NCBI RefSeq assembly: GCF_003704095.1
Contig: NW_020847654.1
Location: 186,001-250,000 of the forward strand
Length of the DNA: 64,000 nucleotides
From: Pocillopora damicornis
Taxonomy: Eukaryota
Direction: 5' to 3'
Positions 1 through 13,105 of this stretch are shown piece by piece. How positions within the stretch are numbered: position 1 is the stretch's first letter; every line of letters begins with the position of its first letter. The notes beneath the pieces are model-generated. The model did no database searches. It was not told where the DNA came from and was given only the letters and a program-made list of their open reading frames with translations. The position numbers and the translations under genes were made by a program.

Positions 1-8
1 TTCCATAG

Positions 9-3000
9 AGCAAAAGTCGAAACAATACCAAAAACGCTCTTGGCGTGGTAGACAAAGTCAGTGGTGCCCTTATGAAGCAGCTTGCTGCAGGAGACAAACC
101 AAAGTCGATATCATCGCCAAATTTGGATATGTCTGTTGGAAGGAAGACTTTGGATGACATCGGTGGCGAGAATGACGACGAAGATGCCGAGGAAGGGGAG
201 GGAATGGGTGGAGTCAAATTACCCGACCCTATGGCGATCTTTGGAGGAGCTAATGCCTCCGTGGAAGATGGAGCTACAAGCGCCATTGGCTCGACGGTCT
301 GTACATCAATTAATGAAAAAATCTGTCATTCTTTTCATGTATCATCTTTTAGTCACTCCGTGCGTCTTATTTAGCGAGCCGAAATGTAAACGTGGCTAGA
401 TTTGATTTATGATGTCGAAACAACACGTTACTGGCGCTGTTTTGTTCTTGAATTCTTTGGTAAAACAGGCAAACGGCTGAACCATTGACTTGTTTTATTC
501 TTGTGTGTGTGCCTTCAACTAACGTCATTTAAAGAGGAATCGTGTGAATTGTCTCGAGATTGAGCTCAAAATTCCCTGTTGGGAGACGAAGCTGTAGTGT
601 CCCGTTGAGCTTATCGGATAGTTTACCTCTGAAAGAAGTTTGCAGATTCAAATGTATGTTAAAGCGTCACACGCATCCAGGTTTGATGAGTACTTTCAAA
701 GTTTTTACGTAAGGTCTGTCCTTCCCGTAACCGTGTTCAACCTAATTTGTCTACTTAGCTTTCTGCGATGGACAAGAACCCGTTTGCATGGGATAACAGT
801 TCTAGCGATTTGAATTCCAAAACAGTTGGATTATCACTCACTGATGGTAACGGCAAGCCGCTGGATCTAGCAGGGCAACAATTGGAAATGTTCGTTCCCC
901 GAAACCTCAAGATAAACCCCGTTAAACCCATGGAGCTCAATCACTATGCAGACGACGACCCTCCAATGCGTATTCATAAATTCAATCGTTCAAGTATAGA
1001 GGCCGCCGTTGCCATAGAGATGAAATTCTTTCACCCAGATATCAAATTTATGGTGGCGGTGAGGTACGAAAAAAAACCAACTGCAAACCACTACGATTTT
1101 GCGCACACTTTCCCGACTCAGGCGGAAGCAAAGAAAATGAAGAAGCGGCCACACCCATTTACGTATGTCATTCCGCATGTGCTACTCAACCCTCTTCTCA
1201 TTAGAGGACAAAACGAAAGCGATAATGGTACAGATACGGCAACTCTGCTGGCTAACGTGACAATCAAGCAGTTTTATTTAGGTGTGAAAGCTATAAACAA
1301 AGATGCGCTGAGTGACGCGAACACCAGCTATGCCATGCGAATCTATCTGCCTTCATGCAAAATGTTTGATGAAGATAAAAACACTTGGACAACAAAAGGC
1401 TGTAAGGTAACTATATTTGATTTTTTTTTGTTTTGGGACGGGGGGCGCAGGAGGGTCTGTGATCATCGTATTATTCTTCGATTAGGAGTTGAAATAAATG
1501 CCAATAAATGAACGACAGAATTCATGAATTCATCAAAGCTCAACTACAACGGACTGGCCTCGTTCCCTGAGAATGTTATAATATTCCCCTTCGTTCTACG
1601 CCATACAAACCAAGGCAAGCCCACTTTTTATGAAAAGGCTGGATCAGTCCAATTTTTAGAAAATATTTTGTTAGTTTTACTGATTCATTTTGTAGGAGTT
1701 CCAAAAGAGCCTTAATGGCGTACTTCTTTGCCAACATTGATGAAGATTTTTATGAACTTTGATAACTAGTTTGCATCTCTTTATGATTTTTCTAAGTACC
1801 ATGATTTGTATACAAGGTAAAATGGTAAAAAGGACGAGTGCCAGACTAGTCACTGAAGAACTACTTAAATAAACTTGACTCCAGCGACTACGTGTAAAGG
1901 AAGTCAGCAAAAAATTCATTCAAAATGTCACAATTACTGCAATACTTTATGATACTTAGCTTAAATTTTAACTTTCCAACGCCAGGTTGGACCAAAGACT
2001 ATTGCTAACAGCACACATTGTTTATGTACACCCGGAGAAGACGAGGAGGAAGAGGTTGAGGAAGAAGTTGAAGCAACAACCGAGGCACCGACAGCAGCCG
2101 CCTCAAGTGGGGATGCACAGCCTGTTAAAAAGGTTATAAAGCGACGACGATTCAGAAAAAGTGTCAACAAAGTGAATATTGCGAGTGAGTTTCACTTATT
2201 CTTTCTCGTGAGAACTTAATATTTTAGCATGTTTGATACTGCAAAGCGCAAAAGTTAACAGCTCATATAAACGCGGGAAAACCTATTTCTAATACATTTA
2301 TCCTTAGGTCTGCCTATAAACTTTTTATCATCACTGTTCTATCTTTATTGACTCCAGTAACATTTTTAACACATTATTTGAGACATAACTGCACTTAGAC
2401 TAACCAATCGATTGCCTGTAGGTGATGGATGTATTCACGTCAATGGATTCTCGATTGGTCGTTGTAGTGACTTATTGTTAATGTTACTTGTTAGGTAGCA
2501 TGTTCGTGGCGCCAAACCCGATCGACTTCAACAAGGTGTTCAACGCTAACCTGGCGGAGAATCCTATCGCTTTGGCAGTTGTTTGTGGAATATTTGGGGT
2601 TTACCTGGTATTGGCTATTTATGCACGCAGAGAAGATTTAAAGGATGTTGAACGGGTATGAATGACGTTTAATAACTCGGAGACCATAGGCCAGTCTTCA
2701 AGTCCACTCGAGGAAGATCCTTAAGAGCTGGAAACAATTACACGGTTTCCGTGTTGCATACTGATGCCGATTTGTCCGTAACGTAATGTATCCTCTTAAA
2801 TAACTGGTTAAGAGGAAGAGTAGCTGTAAAAAAATCCATTTACGAAAAAAAAAAAAAATTCCAAACTCTGTAGAAAATATGTATTAAACTTGTTAAATGA
2901 ACCACAACATTTGGCTAAGATAACAAACTCCAAAACTTCTTAAAATTCCAAACTAAGGGATAACAAATTTGCGCGTACGAATGCTCATGCAAAAACAAAC

Positions 3001-6000
3001 TAAACTCCGTGGAAACAAACAATAAAAGTACGCAAAAAATGTCACCGTCGGGTTTTTAATGTCAAGGTAAGAGTTCTTGATTGATTGATTGGCTAATTTG
3101 TGAAATCACTCGCACTGCGCGTGAATACAAAAAGAATACAAAGGGAGGAGAGGAAGATAAACATTGTTATTTAAAATTTAAAATCGAAAGAGATTTTGTA
3201 TAATACACATTAGGAGCAGAAATGATAGATTGGAGGGGTTATACCCTGAGTTGCATTTAAACTTCACTAAAAAGAGAGCTCTCCTTGCGCTTTCTCACGC
3301 TTCAACTCCAGAATTATTTCCTCTCTCATGCACCTTCAGCCTAACAGCGCAGTCTCTACGCGCGACATCTGTTGGATTATAGGGCCCATTTACTCCCTCG
3401 TACGGGACAAAACAAAATTCCCTGATTCCTTTGTACCAGTCAGTTGTGAACTCCTCTTTTTTTTAATTGCAATTATATTTGGAAATTTCAGGCAGGAGTA
3501 ACTCCTCTGGAGGACAACGAGTCATTTGACCAATACCATTACGAGATAACAGTTTACACGGGGTTCGGAAAACGTGCAGGAACTACAGCCGAAGTCAGTT
3601 TTATTCTCTCCGGAGATGAAGGTGAAAGTGAGCCCCGTCTGCTTAAAGATCCTAAACGTAAGACGTTTCAGCGACGTGGCGTCGACGTATTCTTGGCAAC
3701 GTTCCCAGAAAGTTTTGGTGAGCTGAACTACTTGCACCTGTGGCACAATAACGGAGGTAAATTATTTTTGGTGAGATTTTTCGTGAGTTATATGACGACT
3801 TTCGAATAGGAATTAAAGATGATCCAAAACTGATCGTATGATCCTATGTAGCAATAAAATGTCAAATGAAATAATTTAGCTTGCTAATGAATGGTTAATC
3901 AATCTCGTTTCTACCGTTCAATGGATTGAAAGCGTACGCATTATGCACAACAAAACCGAAAACAGACCTGGCGATACAGCAACCCAACTTTCTTTCCATT
4001 ATAAAAGTCTTAAAATTTGTGTTATATCGAGTTTCCAAAGTATAGTACAGGTCATAAATCAAACCACATCCGTTTTTGACTCTGATGCCTTCCTTTTGGT
4101 GGTAGGTCGCTCACCTTCATGGTATGTCAGTCGTGTCGTGGTTCACGATCTCAACAACGACAAGAAATTCTTGTTCATCTGCGAGAGTTGGCTCGCTGTT
4201 GAGGAAGGCGACGGTGCAGTCGACAGACTTATTCCTGTGGCAGGCCTCGATGAAATGACAAGTTTCAACCACCTGTTTTACTCTACTACACAGAAAAACC
4301 TCGCAGACGGCCATCTCTGGTTCTCCGTCTTCATGCGGCCAGCGAAAAGTCGTTTCACGCGACTTCAGCGCATTAGCTGCTGTTTAACCCTTTTGTACTG
4401 TTCTATGATCACAAACGCCATGTTTTACCAGGTTGGAGGAGAAAGCGATCCTGCCTCTACCATACAGATAGGACCTCTGGCTTTTAGTCCCGCTCAAATT
4501 GGGATTGGTATTATGAGCAGCTTGATCGTCGTGCCTGTTAACCTCTTAATCGTGGGAATCTTCCGTAATGTCGAAGCGAAGCCAAAGAAAGAAGAGCTCA
4601 GAGAGCGACGCAGTAAAAGAACATGTTGGTGGTTCCAAGAGTTGTTCTTCTGCTTCTTCGACTTCAATAAAAACAACAAAAACGATTTTATCGAAATCCT
4701 TCAAAGGGACTCGAAAAAAGAGGAAACATTTCTGGACTTTAGTTCCAAAACGAATTTGACTGTAAACGATGAGATTCTATTAGCTGAGGGTGTCGAATCA
4801 GAAGATATTAGTTTTAGAATCTCTAAACAGGAGCGAAAAGAAGAGATGGAGAAAAAGCAGAAGAAGAAAAAGAAGAAGAAGAAGAGGTTGTTGCCCTATT
4901 GGTTTCTTTACATTGGCTGGGTTATCTGCTTTCTGACGTGTTTTACAACAGCTTTTTTCTGTGTCCTCTATGGACTACAATTTGGTAAAGAAAAATCTGC
5001 TCAATGGATCTCATCCATGTTGATCTCGTTTTTCCAAGATGTCCTTATCAGTCAGCCCATCAAAATCCTCGCAGTCGCACTTATAATTGCAGTTATCATT
5101 AAGAAACCTGCCGAGGAAGAGGAAGAAGAGGAAGGAGATAAGAAAAAGCTTGATGACGAAGACTGGCTGCACGACGGTCCAAGAGGTCAGTAAGATCACA
5201 GTATCCTTACCAAACCGTTCACGGCTTCTTTCTCATCTTGTAGATTCTGCAAGTCTCCCCTGAGCCCCCTCTCCCCATTTTTCTTTCACGTTAAATTGTG
5301 ACGAACCACACTCTATGATTTCAAGTATCGTCTCTCAAAACTACCAACTAACGTTTAACCCTTTTCCCTTTTTCCAGAATCCGGCAACAGAAGAATGAAA
5401 CCAAAGACGCTTATTCGTTTACAGCCACCCGACAAGTCGAAACTGGAGAAAGCCAGACAACTCAGGTATACTTACTTAAAACCGCTCAATCATTTGAATC
5501 AGATTATCAGCATGACCCTAATAACCAACGAGGGGTCGTTGGATTTGAATGAAAGCGATTTAGAGCTAATTCTCTTTTTTCGTTGATTGCTTTTGGCCTG
5601 AAAACGATGGAGACGAATGCTGTTCTTACACATCTATTTATAGTTATGGATGGTTTACTTTCCTAAGAGGTAACTTTCTTTTTAACAGAATTATACGTTT
5701 TCTTTTTTTTTTTCAGATTTAAAGAAATGAAAATGAATGCAATCATCAAGGAAGTTGCGTTGTACGTGTTTTTCGTGGCCTGCCTGTGCATTGTCAGCTA
5801 TTCTCACAGGGATCCTACTTCCTTTGCCTTTAGGGAAGAAATGTATAATTCGTTCGTAGAGGGAGTTCATGGAGGCCAAAAAAGCTTCTCAGCGGTAAGC
5901 ATGTCGTCCGGGTCTCCGCTGTACACAAGTGATAGGCACGATAGTTTAAAAGGCTACGGTTAATAAAACATGGTCATACCTGCATACCTGACTGTCGTGG

Positions 6001-8472
6001 TAAAAAATAACAACCGTGCAGTTACCTAGCACAGTTGCACAGGATATCAGCTGTAGCCCTCTTTGCAGAGGATGAGTATGAAGCCTTTATTGTATGTACT
6101 AACCACATGTTCCATTTTTACTGATCCCATGTAGATTGGAAGCCGAGAAAATTTCTATCAGTATGCCAAGACGACACTGATGAATGCCTTGTACACCACA
6201 GCATTGTATAATGGAGATGACACGGAGCCTGGCTACACTGCAGATTTGACAGCATACATTGTGGGAATGGCAAGACTGAGACAGCTCAGAGTTAAAAACT
6301 GTAGGTTGTTAAATTATTGGAAAGTAAGACAAATCTTAATGCACATCCTGAAAAAAAAAAAAACAAATAGATCGTGGTCAAAAAAAAAGGAGAGGTCGTC
6401 CACGTCGTTTAAGAGTAGATTGGTCTTCAAGAAAAGGTCACCTCAGTGCGTTAGTGGACGGGCGCGTTAATCTCACGTATTTACACCCGCTGCAGGGCTT
6501 TATGGCAACTGATGAGAAGTCTCACTCGGATTTCACCAAAAAAACGTTTTCACAGGGTAGCAAAAGCGAAATCGTATAGTTATCATTTTAGTTTGAGTGA
6601 CTCATAGTAAGAAAGAGACCTTTAGACTAATAGCGCGATTTATTCTTTGCAACAGACTCCTGTGAGGTAGCATCAGACTTCACACCTTTCATCGACGAAT
6701 GCAATGACTGGTATGGTTTTTTTGCCGAGGAGAAAGGCCAGTTTGATATTGGATGGGAGCCACTCAAAAACGAGTCCTTGTACATTCCGCCATTCACTTA
6801 CCAGGCGTGGGAATTCAACACATCGGATGAACTGGACACATTACCTGTGATGGGTGAGACATGTGTACAGTTTTTATAGGAGACACTTCCTATTAAGAAC
6901 TCTTGTTTTTCTGTTTCTTTTCTTCTAATTTTTGGAGGCATTATTCTTTACGTAATCGCATTCTAAACGCTGACAACAAAATAGGATAAAATTTAAGATT
7001 TATTGCTTTCCTGTATAATCTCTACATAATCTTCTTTTATCCTCCTAGGATTCGTGTCGACATATGGTGGGGGAGGATTTGTCGCAGAATTAGGATACAC
7101 CAGAGAAAACGCCACGAAAATTATTCAGACCCTGGAGGAAAACAAATGGATTGATTCACAAACCCGCGCTGTTATCTTAGAAATAGCCACATATAACCCT
7201 GTAGTAAATCTGTTCTGCGTTATGACTCTAATTGTAGAATTTCTCCCTACCAACGGAGTGTTCTTGTTTACTGACCTGAAGATTGCTCGCCTTTTCACCT
7301 TCGGAGGTGGTTTTGAATCATTTCTTGTGGCTTGCGAGTTTTTCATCCTCCTTTTCTTTGCTGTGTTCATTTATCAGGAGCTCAAGCAACTGTACAGGCT
7401 TCGGAAGGGATACTTCAAAGAGTTCTGGAACTACATCGAATTTGTAATGATCATATTGGTGTTCACGTGCGTGGGTATGTTTTTCACGCGTACGATGCTC
7501 GTGAACCAAGCAATTACCAGCCTAGAAGAAAATCCAGGAAAATACGTCAGTTTTGGCCGAGTAGCTTCCTGGAACGAAGTTTTCATGTACATGGTGAGCA
7601 TGGTGGTGTTCACTGCTTGGATAAAAGGAATTAAGCTCCTACGATTTAACCGTCGTATTACGATTCTGGCGCAAACCTTAAGAGGCTCTGCCGGTCCTTT
7701 GGCTGCATTTTCCGTTGTCTTCTTGGTATTCTTCCTCTCTTACTCGCTGTTTGCTTTTGCGGTTTTCGGCAAGGACATTTCTGATTTTTACAACTTTGTT
7801 TCTACTTGCGAGACTGTGATGGGAATTTTACTCGGCTCATTTGATTACAGGGCTATCGAGGAAGCGGCTCCTATTCTTGGGCCCATATTCTTTTTCACCA
7901 TAATGGTCTTTGGCACATTCATTTTGATGAATATGTTTTTGACCATCGTATTAGACGTGTTCTCCGAAGTGAAAGAGTCCATCGACGATCAAGAAAACGA
8001 GTACGAGATTGTCGACTTTATGATCCGGCGCTTTAGGAAGTTCACCGGCATGCAGCCAAACAAGGTTATGATTGACTCCGAGGAGCCGATGGAGAAGAAA
8101 GACATCGAGGAAGAAACTAATAAAGACCTACTGGCCCTGAATAACAAGAAAAAGCTAAGAGCTAAGAGAAAGTCTAAGCCAATGGATCTGGTGGCGCAAC
8201 GCTTCACAAGACTGGAGACATCGCTGAGTGGTTTTTATTGTGAGGAGTGGGCTGAGGAGCGCCTGCTGGATCACATAGTGGGGAGGAGGTGGGGAGTCAA
8301 TGCTGAGGCTGCTTACGCTCAGGCAGATGCTGAGTTACACGAGGAGCAACAGATGGAACAGCTGCGCCAGGATATGTACGCTGCAGCTGAACGGTTTGAC
8401 GCTGGTGAAGGAGCAATTAATTTGAACTTCGAGGATGATATTTTTGAACCTTGGAATTCGACTGATGCTTAA
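9..8472 (+). CDS. Polycystin-1 family (PKD1L2/PKDREJ-like) receptor-channel, 5'-partial; exons 9..296, 759..1406, 1986..2184, 2495..2655, 3492..3756, 4106..5185, 5378..5465, 5717..5894, 6135..6300, 6656..6853, 7049..8472
   Basis: All junctions are GT-AG and in frame. GAIN/GPS region (CKMFDEDKNTWTTKGCK|VGPKTIANSTHCLC), stalk FVAPNPIDF, TM1, PLAT/LH2 domain (YEITVYTG..AGTTA..FQRRGVDVFL..LWHNNGG..SWYVSRVVV..FICESWL), HLWFSVF..SRFTRLQRISCC motif, ARLRQLRV and YGGGGFVAELG..WIDSQTRAV of the polycystin TOP domain, and a six-TM channel with ILLGSFDY pore and MNMFLTIV S6. Confidence 0.95.
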
Positions 8473-9795
8473 AAATTCAGTGCTAATTGAATTCGTGTTG
8501 AAATTGAACAGCATTTCTTTACTTTTCTAACTTTGATGAGTCTGGACTAATTATGGGCTGTAGCTGTGACGCATCGAAAAACTTAGCGTGTATTTACACA
8601 GCCTTTGCGGTTATGTATGGGAACTACGAGAAGAATCAGCTTTCTTTTCGTAACAACACGACAATTTATCATCCTGTTAATAATGAACTATTACAAAAGT
8701 ATAATCGTACATAAAATATCATTATTCATCTCATAAGTGTGGCGGTCTAGCCAGGGAAAATATCCATTAAATATTTATTCATCCAGCCACTTTTTAAGCT
8801 TAAGTTTTGCATAATTTCAAAAATCATTTTTAAAGGTATTTTCTGAAAATTCAACTTAAGCTCGTTTTCGATGCTGGATGATATTTGATTTGTTCTAAGT
8901 CTCTGATAAACTGTAGGGTCTTCATATGTGTGTGCATGTTTTGATCAAATTCAATACCATGAATATAGTGATAATGTGGATGGATTATTTACGTTATTAT
9001 CAAGACTGACGAAGTTGCTATTTACAATATAGCAAGAACATAGAATACAGAGAGTCTGATTTGAAGTAACTTGACATTTACGGGCTTTTTTCGAATTTCA
9101 ATGGAATTTGTAAAAGATACTGGGCTTGTAAATAAAATTTGCAGGATGTAATGCTATTTTCATTCTTCTTACTGATTATTTGGCTTAGTTTTTATAATTG
9201 TTTTCGTTTGATACCTCTCATTAGCTTATGAAAAGATTAGTGGTTTGCAGTTTGATTGCACTCCCGACTCATTGTAGCACCGCTGGCCCAGGATTCTCAG
9301 CGAGCTTTTGCAGCAGCACTTTTCATTCCGAGTAGCATCATCAATTTCATTTATGGAAAATTTAAAATATCGTTATATGATATATATATATATAATTTAT
9401 ATCTATCTCGTCCAAATTTTTGTGCAAGTTTTCTCTCCACTGAACGGTTTGATAATCGTAACAGCTGACGTTTTCGTGCACACTGTTTAAACAGCAGACT
9501 TAAACTTCTTTGACGCTGAAAAACACACGTGGCTTTCACTTGCCATCAAAAATTTCACAATTATTCCGTGAGCACACGTTGAATAGGAGATGGTTAATAG
9601 GCAAAATGCTTGGTAATAAGGGTGGAACTCAGAGGAAATTGTGAACTAAAAAAAAACTGCTATTAATATATGTAATCAAGGAGCATGGAGAAGTACGTGG
9701 GAATTGCTTTTCTATTTAGGATTTTTTAAACCAAAACTGGAACAGAGAGGCATCATCGAGCTAAGTGATTCTCGAAGCGTGTACACTTTACTAAA

Positions 9796-9853
9796 ATGAA
9801 CGTTCATGTACAAAAAGAATGAACGTTCATGTACAAATCGTATGAACGTTCAT
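9796..9853. repeat. Three copies of the 12-bp palindrome ATGAACGTTCAT at a 23-bp period
   Basis: Copies start at 9796, 9819 and 9842. Confidence 0.85.
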
Positions 9854-10383
9854 CTACTAATTGACTGAGTGAGAGAGCAGGACACGACTTGTTTAACCGG
9901 GAGCCGGTCATTTTATGAACTCGTGATAAACTCATGCTAAGTGAATTAGTGCTAAGTACTACTTATAAAAAATGTCCATAACTGCAATAATCACCCTCAT
10001 CTTCATTCATTAATCTGAAGTTCAAATACTCATGTATCCACCACGACCAGTAAATCGTTCAATCTAGTTCCCAGGCTCTCGCTTTTCTTCTCTGTCCTTG
10101 AGACCAGATCTTTCGCCGAACGCTTCCGTTGCTGTAATCTGTTTTCAATAAATCACACGCAGTTAACAAATACTGGGTTCTTGGCGATAAATATTCGAGT
10201 CCAAAACGTTAAAACTCTGAAGAAAATGAGAAAATCAGGCGCTGAAAATTATAAAGAATGTTTTTAAACACCTCATTCTGGTTTCATTCTGATAAATTCC
10301 AACATCGCACATAACATCAAAATGGCGTCGGACGCCTCTCATGGAAGAGAGCTTTGATTCCCTTCTTGATTTGTTCAACAACA

Positions 10384-11535
10384 TTAGTTAGTCGGTCTTA
10401 AAATGATTGTCGTGGGTCGACGGATAGATTCATCGCCCTGTGGTTGTCCGGAAAAGCAACAACACCAAGAGAGCCACTTAATGAGAATCCCTCCAATGTT
10501 ACCAATGAGAACAGCGGCGAAAGCGGAAGTATTTATCCACTTATTTTCATCGTGCAAGAAGAAACACACGCTAATCATAACAATGTTTTCAGCTGTGAAA
10601 AGAGCGTGCCAGAAAATTGTTGATAACGTTTGAAGTGCAGCACCAAACGGTGCAGTACCTCGCAGCTTTTTTAAATAGTACGAGCTGTAAACGAAAAGAT
10701 AAAATGGGGAATAAGCGAAAATAAACACAAACATATCTTGTTTCCGATTTGATCGCCATAGCAAGAATCCAGTGGCCACCATTACGAGACAATGAAGTCC
10801 GATTACGTAAGGTAACCGCCATGGGAAATATAGAGTAAAAAAGACAATCGCCAGCGTGCGAGCAGCAATCATTCCGGCGTTGCCAAGGAAGATGATAACA
10901 TTGTGAAGAAATGTCAAGTTGTATTTTTCAAATTCTCGGAGAACTTCCATCGAAGTAGACATCCATACGAGAGCCAAAAAGGAAACCGGTGCCGAAATCA
11001 TTTGAATCAGTTCAATTTTGGCTTCCTCTCTTTGCATCACCATCACGTAGACTTGTATCATCAGTTGCGGGGCGGATTCCAAAAGGCCTTCCACCATTTT
11101 CAAGTTCAGCGTGTGAACGTAAAGATAGTAGAGACGACCCTTTTCTATCCGCAAACCATCGGGTGAGTTCCAAAGCTCTTTGAAGCGACAAGCGCAAAAG
11201 ATAAATAACTGAACGCTATGCAGAGGAGGCCCAACGCACAAACAAGCTAGAGCAACATTAATCGTAGTCGAACGGAATATTACATCGGGGTTACCAGTTT
11301 CGTCATCAGCATCATCTTTTGTCCAAGTACGACTTGTGCTCGCAATTACCGACCAAATGCACAGCACTATAAGCGTTAAGAGCGTGACGCCGAGACTCAC
11401 TGCAAACCATTGTTGATCGTCGTTTGCTCTGTAAGTCAGACAGGTCATGATGTCTGTAGAGGTATCGGCTATTGTCAAAATAGCTTGGAAGAGGAATAAG
11501 AATGTGTGGAACCACTTTAAACGCACCTCTGCCAT
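10384..11535 (-). CDS. XK-related (XKR/CED-8 family) membrane protein, putative phospholipid scramblase; one coding exon, 383 aa
   Basis: The ORF from ATG 11535 (MAEVRLKWFHTF) has multiple TM helices, the N-terminal ADTSTDI motif, the family signature LKMVEGLLESAPQLMIQVY, ARTLAIVFF and AENIVMI. Confidence 0.92.
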   Translation of the reverse strand: MAEVRLKWFHTFLFLFQAILTIADTSTDIMTCLTYRANDDQQWFAVSLGVTLLTLIVLCIWSVIASTSRTWTKDDADDETGNPDVIFRSTTINVALACLCVGPPLHSVQLFIFCACRFKELWNSPDGLRIEKGRLYYLYVHTLNLKMVEGLLESAPQLMIQVYVMVMQREEAKIELIQMISAPVSFLALVWMSTSMEVLREFEKYNLTFLHNVIIFLGNAGMIAARTLAIVFFTLYFPWRLPYVIGLHCLVMVATGFLLWRSNRKQDMFVFIFAYSPFYLFVYSSYYLKKLRGTAPFGAALQTLSTIFWHALFTAENIVMISVCFFLHDENKWINTSAFAAVLIGNIGGILIKWLSWCCCFSGQPQGDESIRRPTTIILRPTN

Positions 11536-13105
11536 TGCACAAGTAGTTAAGTTAACAACCGCGTGTAAAACTGCGATTACAGGTAGACGAAGGTGATCAA
11601 GGTTAGAACAAACAATTAATATCCTACAGACAAAGAAATGACCTCTAATTGAAGTGGTATCGCATGAACGATTAATATTCAGAAACTGCCGGAAATATGG
11701 AATAATAGAGCAATGGAGCAATGGATTTACAGAGTCCGGAGTCACAAACGGATTAACTGGTTAGTACATATTTTCTGTCAATGAAACAGTCAGTATAGCG
11801 CGGTACCCTGATCCCTTTTCAAATTTACAGAAATACAGAGATCAATTCGTATGATAGCTGAAAGGAATGAAGCAGACTTCCTGTCAAAGTCTAACGAGTA
11901 TCAAGATTTCATCTGCATCATCATAACTTATCTTAACGGATATGGATATGATGCGTGTTTATAAAATATTATATCTAAAGATTAATTTATTTACAAAGGA
12001 TTTTTAAGATTTTTCAGTGTTAATACTGGGTCTGAAACTTTTCTTTCGGAGAAGATTGTAACCGGTTTCCTAAGGTTTTGATACTATATAATGATGTAAA
12101 GGACGATTCTCTTCTTTAATTTCCATACAAATTTTTCGTTATCAGCCTTTGCTGAAACATCTCGAACTGTCAGTTTAATCGAAATATAATTTTTTTTCCT
12201 CGCTTTTTCAAGGGAAGGGGGGAGCGTAAGGTTTATTATATTTTTAAATTTGTAATGAATATCTGGGTAGATATCGGGTGTCATAGATACCAAGTTTTCC
12301 GTATCCATGCAGTCGTTTCGTACCCACAGACGTTTTGTACTCAGTGCCTGACCCAGCAATCGGTGAGATCTAACGAACCTCACATGCCGGTTTTTTATAT
12401 GCAGCATCCGATTACATGCGACCCATGTATGACCTTAGATGACCGATATACAGATTCATGAGTGAAAATATCAATAGCGTAAGTAACTTTGGATACGTTT
12501 GTAAATGAATTACAGCATATAAAATCACACATTGCCTAATTGAATCATACAGAGCAGTTAAGATCTTGGGGCAAAGTTTGCAGCCCGGAATATGATGGAA
12601 AAATAAGTGATTTATGTGAGCGGATATTACGTTCATAGTTGCGCTAACCGTTAGTCATAATTACCCTTCTTTTTAGGGAAATATTTCTTCCCATGGAAAA
12701 AGCCGCACACTATGTTTTTCGGCATATGAGATGGAAATTTATTCACAATCACTGTGGAATGTTTCCCATTAATTACTTATTGTTTACTTGCGTTGTTCTT
12801 CTTTGTGTTCATTAATATTTAGTGTATGTAATATAATACAATGTAGAAGTGCATTAAGGAGAAACTTGTGAGTGACCTTAGACGGAATATTTACGCTTCA
12901 CGTATTGCTGAGGTTTTTGTCGATGACGTTTTTGCCACCGGAAGACTTGAAGTTGATGTGGGCGACACGTGCGGAAGAGAATGCTAAAGTCTAGTTTCTA
13001 AAGAGAGTGAATCTGCTCGTATTACTATTTCTGTCCTTTGGCGAAAACTGTTCCAGTTACAGAAGATTTATTCGGATGACTGAAAAGCATTGATTTCTTC
13101 AATCG

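Noticed and set aside
4840-5160. Poly-Lys and poly-Glu tracts in the polycystin
   Set aside because: Low-complexity charged loops are common in this family; no specific signal.
11536-11745. N-terminal extension of the XKR ORF in the track
   Set aside because: It begins at a non-ATG codon and has no family similarity; the first ATG at 11535 gives a typical XKR N-terminus.
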